Positions 53,618-64,000 of a stretch of DNA of 64,000 nucleotides are shown one piece after another. The first letter of the stretch is position 1, and the number at the start of each line of letters is the position of its first letter. Origin of the DNA: Adineta vaga (lineage: Eukaryota > Animalia > Rotifera); assembly GCA_021613535.1 (NCBI GenBank), contig CP075492.1:2294001-2358000 (forward strand), in the 5' to 3' direction. Both the position numbers and the translations under genes were made by a program. Below the pieces are notes generated by a model that worked only from the letters and a program-made list of their open reading frames with translations, was not told the origin of the DNA and ran no database searches.

Positions 53618-54574
53618 CTATTTAACAGAACGAACAATAATATCGTTCATATTTTGCACAACAGTTGGAGTACGTAATCGATTTAGATTCTTTGTTGCAA
53701 TCATCCATAGAACAAAGTTATCAGCTAGAATTTCTTCCGGGTGCATAATGTAATTCGTATTATTTCCATTTTGAGCGTGAAAATTTGTCGCTTGATCATA
53801 GGCAAGATATTCTAATGGTTGTTTTGGCTCATACGTTTCTTCATCTAATACGATGGTCGTTGCAACTAAATAGTAAAACATATCAGTGGAATATTTCGAA
53901 TCAAATGGACGAGATGCATGTATAATTGGTGAACATTTATAGATTTTGTTCTTCTGATGATTTTTCTTCCTCAGATTGATGAAATATTTCATCACAAGTG
54001 GTGCATCAGGATTAGTAATCTTCATTTCAGACAGATCCCAAGGAAATTCTGATTGACAATCAACAGGAATTCGATGATAACCAATGCTTGCATATAATTC
54101 ATCACGAATTTTTATATTCGTTTTTTGTCGACTCCATATATGAAATAATTCATGAATGAATATTTCACGTGTACCATCCGTCATTTGAACAATGTGTTGT
54201 GGAAGTACAATGACATTATTATTGCGACAATAAGCAGCGTCGTTCTCATCTTTCCCAGTTGTTAATACAACTAAAATACGAGGTGGTAGTACTAATAATT
54301 GTAACTGATCAATGCATTTCGTATTGATGTAATCAATATAGTTTCCAATACATTGTGTTTGCTTTTCATTCCAGTTTCCAATATGTTGTGCAATAAATGC
54401 GATGTAATCATCCAATGTCGCTGTTGACGATTTTGTTCGTGATTCTAAGTCAAATCTACTGAAATTACTAAAATAATCATCGATTTGTTTCTACTCGTTC
54501 AAAGCTTGTTCGCCAGATATCAACTGGATCACTGATCCATTGGCGTTTGCAAGTGAAAATTCTTGATCCGTCAT
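53618..54574 (-). pseudogene. Bacterial-type HExxH zinc-metallopeptidase-like gene with one premature TAG (54491-54493)
   Basis: Frame runs from ATG 54574. Motifs AAYCR, FIHELFHIWSR, NPDAP and NTNYIMHPEEILADNF; intronless. Confidence 0.7.
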
Positions 54575-55021
54575 ACTTTATCAAGAAACGACGATGTATG
54601 AATGTGTATGTGTGTGTAATGATCAAAGAAGAGAATCTTATATTTCAGGTTTCGCTTTTTCTTTTGAATCGAAGTAACGCTTATCTTGAATAGACAAAAC
54701 AACGAGCACGTGTATCAACAGGTAATGATGAAACATTCATTTTTCTGCATGATTTTAATCGATAGGTATGCCTAATATATCAAGCACAATAGAATTCCAT
54801 CATTCAAAGACTATCTATATTGAAGGTGTCAGTGGGTGTTAGATAGATGTAGTACCCACATACATCGAGGACTAAACGAGTCTGCCTCGACGAGTGTTGT
54901 TTATTATAGTCTTTATGATGAGACATTACATAGGTTTAAACAATTATCAGTGTCTCAGAAATATTTGAAATAAATGTCAAGAAATACCATAATATTATTT
55001 TATAGATTTCGATTGAAAAAA

Positions 55022-56824
55022 TTATTTATAGGATTCTTTAAACTCCGTTTCATTAATCCAAATAGTTAACCATTCTCCTGAACATTTAAATGTAAGTTTC
55101 GTTGTGTATCGTAATTGTTTTTCCCATTGTTGTTGATTCATAACATTGTCTATCGGCCAGTAATAATTAACAAATCTTAAAGCAAGACTTGAAAGATATG
55201 GAAAAGAAATGTATATGATTGGAATAATTTCAAAATCGATTGTATCAATTTTTAAATGTTCAACAAATGGGAATAGACTTGCCACATAACGAATATATTT
55301 GTCTTGAAATTTATTTTGATTTTGAAAGTTTCTAGGAGATATATACAATCGTTTAATATTATTATTTGTTTGTAGAGAAATAACTTGTTGATTGATGAAT
55401 TGATTGAAAATTATTTGAAGTGATGAAACATTTTTTGTAAATAAGAGAAGTGAATTAATCATATTCAAATTCATTTCTAATTCTGAAATAATCAATTCTT
55501 TTACCTTTGAAAGATCAATATATTTTTGTATCCATTCAATCAAAGATAAATTAACTAAATCCAATTGAAGACATGTAACATTAGGAAAATAAAAATTATC
55601 TTCCGAAAGTGGTTCTTTACTTGAAATACGTAAATTAGTTATAGATTGATTATTATTAATAGAATGATTTGTTACTGACCAAAATTGAACAGTTCCTGTT
55701 TCAATATTCATTTCAAAACCACTATCAAATTTATGTTTTCGATAATCAATTGGTTGATAATTAAGAATTGCATCTTCAGAAGAATTACACATTATAATTA
55801 ATATATGAAAGTTTTTCTTCTCGATCCAAAATTGACTTTCAAAACATTTTGATGTGTGAAGAATTGTGTCAAGACTATATTGTGATAAGCGAACTGCAAG
55901 AATTTTCAATGTAAAATAAATTAATTTTTGTAATGATGTTTCAAATAAAATTTGCCAATCATTTCCATTGAAAAAACGATCCGACGAATTAATCATTTCA
56001 AGTTTCATTAAATTAGGCATAACTTCAAAGTATTTTACTAACATATTCCATGTTACTTGAGTATATCGATCAATAAAATGTACAATAACAGTATGGAGTT
56101 TTAATAATGGTGGAATATGAATATTTTTATCGATTGATGATCGAGAATAATTTGATAGTTTATCAACTATACGAACATTTACATATTTGAGACCAGGAGA
56201 ATTCAAACATATATATTGGAAATCATTCCATGTACAACCATATCCTATAATGGTCAAATATTCAATATTTGTTTTAGATAATTTTTGAAGATTCCATAGT
56301 TGAGAATAACTATCAATGTCGAGATGAAGATGTTTTAGTGTTGTTAAACTCAATATGGATCCAGTGATAAAATTCGATATGTCAAATTGTGATGCATTTT
56401 GTAATTTTATTGACAAAATACTAAGATTCGTATTGGGTAACGAGCAAAAAAATCGATGTATTCTATCCTTATCGACCGTTCTGGAATCAAAATCAATGTT
56501 AAATTGACGAATTTTGTTGAATATTTTCAATGATGGAAACTTGAATAAAAATGCATCAATTGCACCAGGTGTATCTTTTTCTGATAAATTTATAGTTTTT
56601 ATCTTGTCTATATAATTGGATAAAAGAATAAGACAACTATAAAAATCATTTTTTCGAATACTTCGAAAATCGAAATGAATTTGTTGACATTGGTTAATAA
56701 GTCCATCGAAACGATGATTTAATTTATTAATAAAAGCAACAAATATATCGACTCCATTGATATATTTCTCGAAAAGATGTAAAAGAATCTCGTTAGGAAG
56801 TGATTCGATTTTTGATACTGACAT
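55022..56824 (-). CDS. F-box protein with degenerate LRRs, intronless
   Basis: N-terminal IESLPNEILLHLFEKY...FINKLNHRF F-box signature; repeated LxxLxL segments. Confidence 0.85.
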   Translation of the reverse strand: MSVSKIESLPNEILLHLFEKYINGVDIFVAFINKLNHRFDGLINQCQQIHFDFRSIRKNDFYSCLILLSNYIDKIKTINLSEKDTPGAIDAFLFKFPSLKIFNKIRQFNIDFDSRTVDKDRIHRFFCSLPNTNLSILSIKLQNASQFDISNFITGSILSLTTLKHLHLDIDSYSQLWNLQKLSKTNIEYLTIIGYGCTWNDFQYICLNSPGLKYVNVRIVDKLSNYSRSSIDKNIHIPPLLKLHTVIVHFIDRYTQVTWNMLVKYFEVMPNLMKLEMINSSDRFFNGNDWQILFETSLQKLIYFTLKILAVRLSQYSLDTILHTSKCFESQFWIEKKNFHILIIMCNSSEDAILNYQPIDYRKHKFDSGFEMNIETGTVQFWSVTNHSINNNQSITNLRISSKEPLSEDNFYFPNVTCLQLDLVNLSLIEWIQKYIDLSKVKELIISELEMNLNMINSLLLFTKNVSSLQIIFNQFINQQVISLQTNNNIKRLYISPRNFQNQNKFQDKYIRYVASLFPFVEHLKIDTIDFEIIPIIYISFPYLSSLALRFVNYYWPIDNVMNQQQWEKQLRYTTKLTFKCSGEWLTIWINETEFKESYK

Positions 56825-57349
56825 TATCAATTTAGAAATGTTTTCTATATTGAATTACCTTCTCATGAATATGTCGTTGTATAATATAAAGTATCGATGC
56901 GATACCTTTGTTGTTTTTTTCTTCGTATTCGAAATAAATGATGAAAGATGCCACGTGTATAGTTCTCTTCTCTTTTTCTGAGCAAATAAATCTTGTGCGT
57001 CATTTATGAATCATATTTATATTTGAATTTATAGGCATTTTTTCCCACTCATCCTTCGTTTCGAAATGATTGTATCGAAAATCGACTTTCGTTAATATTG
57101 AACTATAAAAATTCGCTTCCACTAGGGACCGTATATTGAAAATCAACAAAATTCTATTCATGAAATTATCTTTTGCTCGCTTTGCATGTTATCAACAAAG
57201 TATTTTTCTTTCTTCTGATAAGCAACCATCGCATTACCATCATGAGATAGAAAAAAAGCATCATAAAATCTCACAACAACAACAGAATAAGAGAGTCGAC
57301 ATATATTTGAAGCAAGAGAAGCATTTCTCACAAAAATCTACGAACAAGA

Positions 57350-60300
57350 ATGTCTGGTAAAAAATCACCTACATTACCAACGTTACCCATCGAATTGGTC
57401 TATCGAATTCTCGATTATCTTAAACCATACGAAATCATGATTTCTGTACACAATGTTTGTGCGAGATTGAATTCCATTATCGATACTTATCAACCATATC
57501 AAGTAAAACTAATTAACCATGTTTAGAGAGATCTTTTCATTAGCAGTTAGGTTCATTTATCATCAGCTTTCTTTAGGTTAATATTCGGAACACCTCATTT
57601 CCAAAGTAAGGAAGGATCCAGATAAGGGAAAACCGAGACTAGCAGAACATTCTATTGATCAATAGACATGAGATTATGTATAGTTGTAGCGTGTATACAG
57701 AGGATGATTCTTTTTTCTTGAATTATTACAGATCTTCTTCCCTCTCTATTGTCTGTTCGCAGTAGGCGTGATCTATTCTTTCTTTTGTCATGTATTCATG
57801 GATCGACAAACAGCGTCGATTCGTTTTTTGAGAGGATTGCCTATACATTAACCGTTGGGATTATTTTGAATTTCTGAGCTTGTGTACATCGGATAACTGC
57901 TGTATATTTTATGTCAACAATTGCGATGAGAACCTGAATGCACTGATAGAAGTAGGCTTTTGCTTATTCTTCATAATTTGTAGTAACCGACGAAAAAACT
58001 TGATCTACACCTTTCGAGCCATTCTCTCATGAATCTTTCATTATTCAAGACCAATATCAGTTTCCTGTACCGTTAGTATATTACTGTGTATTAACCATTT
58101 TACATTTTCTGAGTGCTCTGATCAACAGCTAAATTAAATAAGAAAACCATAATATTCAAGGGCAAGCCTATTCTTCCAAAACTAGTATACTTTGTACACG
58201 TTTTCAGTAAAAAGTACTATTGAGTATTAACATCAGAAACATTACATTGTACTTTTCATTTTGAAATGATACAAGTTGTTTCGTTTCTCAAATATTTTCA
58301 GTACTCAATAGTATTTTTCACTCAAAAAGTGTACAAAGTATAATAGAAGTCACTAAAAAAAGGCTCACTTATAATTAATTTTACTATTCAAAAAAACACT
58401 TTTGAGGGTGAAAAAAAGTTGGTTTCGCATCAATCGAATCATAGGATGATATTCCGTCACCAACGAGTTCTTCCTCAATCTTGAAAGAAATGGAATGTAT
58501 TGAGAAATATGACGCCATCTCACGTCGTCCTCTTGTTAGATCAATCAGCGCTCTTCACGTGCGATAGAGCATATCCTTCAAAATCATGCTTTCACCTTCA
58601 TCGAAACATTCAGACACTTCACAATCTGGATCTACAACACTACAGCCTAAGTAAACAAGCAGCGCTTTATTTCGTTAATGCACTGAAATTCAATCGAGTA
58701 AGACGAACGTAATGTTCTGATACCATGCTATCATCTTCAACGGAATTTTCAGACACTCCATACTCTTCGGCTATGGCGCATTGATCTAGGTGTTCAGGGA
58801 GCGAAATATTTGGCAGAGTCGCTGAAAATTCATCCGGTAACATGAAAGATATGCTCGAATACTTTCGCATGATCACGTTTCATTTTGCTCAGACACTCAA
58901 CACTCTCCAACTATGTAGCAACAATCTAGGTGCTGAAGGAACGAAATCTTTGATCAACGCACTCAAATTTAATCAAGTGAGATTGGACAATATACTCTAA
59001 TATCATGTGCCTCTCTTCATCGTTATATCTTCAGACACTTACAACTCTCAGACTATCTGAGAATAGTATATGTGCTGAAGAAGCAAAAGATTTGGCTGAT
59101 GTCTTGATAAGGAATCAAGTGAGATCAGTGATATGGTCCAATACCATAACGCATAATCTGCTTCATTTTACTTAGACAATCAACACTCTCGAACTGTATT
59201 ACACTAATCTAGGTACTGTGGGATGTAAATATCTAGCAGACGGTCTCAAAGTTAATCGAGTGAGATCGATCATCTGATTCAATGCGTTCGAATGATCTCG
59301 GCTCTTTTGCTTAGGTAATTACCACTCTTGAACTCTCAATTAATGGTATAGCGGCCGAGGGAGCGAAATATTTGGCTGATGCTCTCAAAGTCAATCAGGT
59401 GAGATTAACTATATTATGTTATACTAAAGACATATTTTCATTGAAATGTACAGACACTCAACAGTCTCCAACTATATAGCAACAAAGTAGATGCTTTAGG
59501 AGCGAAATATTTGGCTGATTCGCTGAAAATCAATGCAGTGAGATAAGCTAAATGCTCGAATAGCTTCTCACACTTTCAGTCACTTTACTCAGACACTCAA
59601 CACTCTCAAGCTATTGTGCAATAGTCTAGGTGCTGAAGGAGTAAAATATCTGGCAGACGCTCTCAAAGTTAATCGAGTGAGATGAGTGATGTGCTCAAAA
59701 GCCTTCGTATGATCTTCGTCGCTTTCATTAGGCACTGACCAATCTTGAACTTGGATCGAACGGTCTAGGTGCTCAAGGAGCGAAGCATTTAGCTGATGCC
59801 CTCATAGATAATCACGTGAGATCATGTATATGCTCCAATATCTTCGCATGCTCCTGTTCATTTTACTCAGACACTCAACACTCTCAGCCTAACTTGCAAC
59901 AACATCGGTGATAAAGGAGCGAAACATCTGGCTGATGCTCTAATAAGCAATCGAGTGAGATGAATGATACTCTCTGATATCACTCTCTATCACTTTCATA
60001 AAAATGCTTAGGCACTCAAGACTCTCAAGCTAGATGAAAACGGTTTAAGAACTGAAGGAACGCGATATCTGGCAGATTCCCTGATGAGCAATCAAGTGAG
60101 ATCAGTTATATGGTGCAATATTTCCGCATAGTCTGGAACATTCGGTTTAGACACTCACCAGCCTCGAAATTGGGTTGAATCATTTAGGTCCTGAAGCTGT
60201 GACGTATTTGAGCGATGCGCTCAAAATGAACCAAGTAAGATGAGCATTACTCTTTGATATCACTTTCATAAAAATTATCAGACACTCCATGCTCTCAATT

Positions 60301-61019
60301 TATATAACAGCAGCATAGGTGCTCAAGGAGCACAAGCTTTGGCTGATGCGCTCAAAGTCAATCAGGTGATATCATAGCTATCATTGTAACTTATATGTCG
60401 GCATCATTTTTATCGATGTCTTTAGGCACTCAACACTCTCAATCTAAAGAGAAACATTTTAGGTACTGAGGAAATTCGATATCTGGCTGATGCGCTAAAA
60501 ATCAATCGAGTGAGGAGAGTGATGCTTTCGATCACATCGGCATAGTATAGATTATTTTATTCAGACACTCGAGAGTCTCGATCTAAATGACAACCGAATT
60601 GGTGCTCAAGGAGCAAAATATCTAGCAGAAGCTCTGATAAGCAATCGAGTAAGATGAATGCTATGCTCCAACACCTTGGCATCAGCTCAGTCATTTTGCT
60701 TAGATACTTATTAGTCTTGAGCTCGAAATGAATCATATAGGGGTTGAAGGAGCGAAACATTTGGCTGATGCGCTGAAAGTCAACCAAGTGAGATTAACAG
60801 TATAGTGTCATAGAAAGATAGCATCTTGACCAAAATGTTCAGACACTCAACAATCTCAATCTGCGTAGCAACGGTCTAGGTGTTGAAGGAGTGAAATATT
60901 TGGCTGATGCGCTTATCGGCAGGAAAGTGAGTAATGATAGTCTGATTGAGTGCACGTTATACTCTTTTGATCTTTTTTAGTTCTGCACGATCAAGTGTGA
61001 ATCCTGGACTAATGTCTGA
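57350..61019 (+). CDS. F-box plus 17 RI-like LRR protein, one 84-nt exon per LRR (missed by the ORF track)
   Basis: Exon 1, 57350-57502: LPTLPIELVYRILDYL (F-box). Linker exon ~58445-58558. LRR exons start at 58614, 58753, 58893, 59035, 59176, 59315, 59454, 59593, 59732, 59871, 60012, 60151, 60282, 60426, 60565, 60704 and 60843; each encodes TLxxLxLxxNxLGxxGAKYLADALKxNx. Last exon 60981-61019. Confidence 0.9.
58186..58342. mobile_element. MITE-like inverted-repeat element in an intron of the F-box-LRR gene
   Basis: Ends TATACTTTGTACAC and GTGTACAAAGTATA, with ~45-bp imperfect arms and TA termini. Confidence 0.7.
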
Positions 61020-61322
61020 GACAACGTTCCGTCATAACACAGAGACGTGATTGAAGGCTTCGGTTTTCTTTCAAAAAAAAAGAATGATGTTTAATATACC
61101 TATACCCATATTTTAAAATTTAATTTCTTAATAAAATTTGATCAAAATTCTTGTGGTAAAATGTATTGATTTTATCGATCGAGAAGATCTCAAAATATAT
61201 TATACAATACATATGGTGATGTGAAGATGAATTGGAATATTCAAGATCGGTAATATATTTGCCAAATGAAGACTGATGAATTCATTCAACTTTGAAAATG
61301 ATTCATATGTGGGAGAAAAAAT

Positions 61323-61997
61323 TCAGGAAAGTGAACAAGAAGAAGATGATGAATTAGATGTTTCGGTTGTGACTACTTTGATCAAAATAACATAAGGTCG
61401 AATATGTTCAGCTTTTGGCACTACCCACACATCATCCGACTTAAATTTCACTCCGTCTGGATTAACAGATACTTGCAGCATAAACTTGTAATTTTTCATT
61501 CCATCACTCGTTGGTACTGAGATAGCTTTAGTATAGCCTCTGTGAAGATAATTTGGATTTGGAGAACGATATACGCCAGGTCCATACGCATGATCTCTAG
61601 CAGGTCGAAATCCAGTTTTGTAAATAGACGCCATCGCATCAAAAGATGCGTCTTTTTCGTCAAAATATGAGTCTAAATTACTGAAGTCCTCAGAGCTAGC
61701 ACGACCTGTTCCACGAAAAGCTCTATACCAATTTCTCGGATGTTGAAATGGATGTGTCCAATAATCATCGTCATATCGACCCAATATTTTCAGTCCATAT
61801 CGAACCCAACCGAATGGTGTAACATATTGTTTGATATTTTTCTTTTGCTGTTCAAATGTATAAACAATATTTATGGATCCATAAAAGAATCGAAGAATTC
61901 TAATCAATTTTTTCTCTAAACTATGGGTTCTTGCTAAACGCTCACGAATATCTTCAACTACTCGATAATATAATTGGTCTCTTATAGCATCATTCAT
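61323..61997 (-). pseudogene. NEURL4-like ADP-ribosyltransferase-fold gene, probably degenerate
   Basis: PFGWVRYGL, WYRAFRGT (HGT expected), YGPGVYRSPN, FMLQVSVNP, IRPYVILIK. 5' region looks disrupted. Confidence 0.6.
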
Positions 61998-62152
61998 TTG
62001 GTTTTGTCAGTTCTCATTCTGTAATTTCTGTTTTTCTATATTGACCTCCTCCCGAACCTTCACTATTGTCTAGAACCAAAACTAACTGTTTATCATCTGA
62101 ATCGATACCGAATAGATATGGGGAAGCGTTATGAAGATTTATTCCATCGGCA

Positions 62153-62220
62153 TCTTGAGGATGTGGGTGAGGGTGGGTTTACATGAGCTATGTTCTAAAC
62201 CCACACCCACACCCTCAAGA
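62153..62220. repeat. Telomere-like G-arm/C-arm hairpin element
   Basis: TCTTGAGGATGTGGGTGAGGGTGGGTTTA...TAAACCCACACCCACACCCTCAAGA. Confidence 0.8.
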
Positions 62221-62576
62221 CTTTATTTAGACTTTAATATAACAAAGTAAAGTGATGAATGTATTAGAAGATCAAGGTCTTCTATTATGTCTCGAAAGAA
62301 ATCATATTTTTCTAGGATGAGAGTAGTTGTAGGAGTGAATGTGAGGGTGCAAGACTATATAACTTTTTCACCTACTTTCTAGCCTTCACCTTCATCCACA
62401 CCCTCTATATACATTTCCATTATCTACTGTCATTTCACCATCATTTTGCAATTTCATTTTATCAATATTATTGTGTTTACTTCTGTAGACTACATACAAT
62501 AACACGTTATATTCTATATATATATTTGTGGAGTTTTGTTCTTATAAGACAAAACATTTTCTGAAGAATATTTCAT

Positions 62577-64000
62577 GATGAAAAGATCAACAAGATCACA
62601 AAAAACCAATGTTCATAAAAATGTTGAAAGTAAAAGAAGAAAAATAGAAGGTAAACATTACATTAGATTTTTAACTTCATATCTTCTCAATATATTCTAG
62701 TAGCAAAAGTCGATACAGACAGGTTTGCCTATGTCTTTTATTTTTCTAATCATTTATTCTAATCTTTTCTTAGTTTATCAGAAGAATCTTCTATTACTCA
62801 TTTAGAAGAGTTATCGAATGAAGTTATCTATGAAATATTTGAATTTCTTGATTATTTTCACGTTTATCAATCTTTCTTTAATCTTAATACACGATTTCAA
62901 AACCTTCTTACGTGTTCAAATCTTCCTATAAAAGTTAATACTTCATCTATATCAAGATCAAATTTTGAAAATTATTATACTGATATTATTATTCCTTATC
63001 AACATCGAATTATTTCACTTTCCATAAGACATTTGTTTTTTGATTGTGATATTTCAGTACATACTATTCTATCAAAATTTATTCGATTGGAAACACTTAT
63101 TCTTGAACATATAAGTCCAGAATATATAGAAAATGTTCTTAATGATATTGCTTCTTTATCTAATCTTTCTTCATTGGTTATTATTGTTGATGGTGATGTT
63201 GAAAATGAAAATGAATGTCTTCTTCAAATATTTCGTTTACCTACATTGAAATATTGTCAAATATCATTAAGAGAACTATGTAAATATGGTTCGTTGCCTT
63301 TTGCTACTAATGAAAACAGTCCAATTGAACAACTTGTTATCAAACATTTTATTTATTCTCATAATATTGAAAACTTATTATCATATGTTCCACAACTTCG
63401 TCGTTTATCGCTTGATTATTCTAAAGATCAATATATAAAAACTCAACATAACCATTCAATTACATTAAATTATTTAACACATTTGTTTCTCAAATTAAAT
63501 GAAGTTAGTTTTGATGAATTTGAGCATTTGATCAAAAATTTCTTCTGTAAAACTCAAGTTTTACATCTTGATGTAAAAATTGATGGAACATTTTATGATG
63601 ATAATCGATGGGAACAATTAATATTATCTCATATGCCATTGTTACGTGTTTTTGATATTCGTATTGATAACCGTTATCATCGAATATATGATTCTCAATT
63701 AAAACTATTCAATTCTCCATTTTGGCTTCAACGACAATGGTTTTTTGATCAACAAGATTATTACGGAACTATATTTTATTCGACAAATCCTTATAGGTAA
63801 GAATAAATCATTTTCTTTGATATAAAAATATATTTATTTAATTTTATTCTTTAGGAGAAAAGAATATACAATAGAACAGAAAATAAATCCACAGACTGAT
63901 TTGGATTATCAAATAACTAATTTAAATTCAGTTCGTCATGCCTGTATCGTTGATGAAATAGCATTGAATAATTGTATTTATCGTTTTCCCAATGCTACTG
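62577..64000 (+). CDS. F-box/LRR-like protein, multi-exon, running off the window end
   Basis: Exon from ~62774 encodes HLEELSNEVIYEIFEFL...FFNLNTRF (F-box) and continues into ORF 63033-63800. GT-AG introns at ~62651 and ~63797. Confidence 0.82.

Overview
AT-rich eukaryotic DNA with many short (~45-60 nt) GT-AG introns. By inference it is a bdelloid rotifer genome: it has a Penelope element with Asn-rich inserts, expanded F-box/LRR genes, TGTGGG/TGAGGG telomere-like motifs and several non-metazoan-type genes. The first half (1-31 kb) is a transposon cluster. It holds a 55-bp tandem array, an apparently intact Sola-like DNA transposon, a decayed hAT element and a 5'-truncated Penelope retroelement with inverted pLTRs and hammerhead ribozymes. 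It also holds an ~11.1-kb Foldback/NOF-like Mutator element with ~1.07-kb TIRs. Besides its transposase-protease, this element carries an env/F-like fusion glycoprotein gene and a small membrane-protein gene, which is the top finding. The second half (31-64 kb) is a gene-dense island of candidate foreign or defence genes: acyltransferase-3, SDR, a caspase-like protease, a TM-Hog protein, a Ubl/Cys-rich gene, a ~2160-aa ankyrin-WWE-DEAH helicase-nucleotidyltransferase-PARP fusion, GH28 polygalacturonase, a Trk/HKT transporter, a HExxH protein, F-box genes (one with 17 tandem 84-nt LRR exons) and an ART-like gene. Short hairpins built from telomere-like repeats recur at many gene boundaries. All domain calls come from motif recognition by eye; no searches were run.
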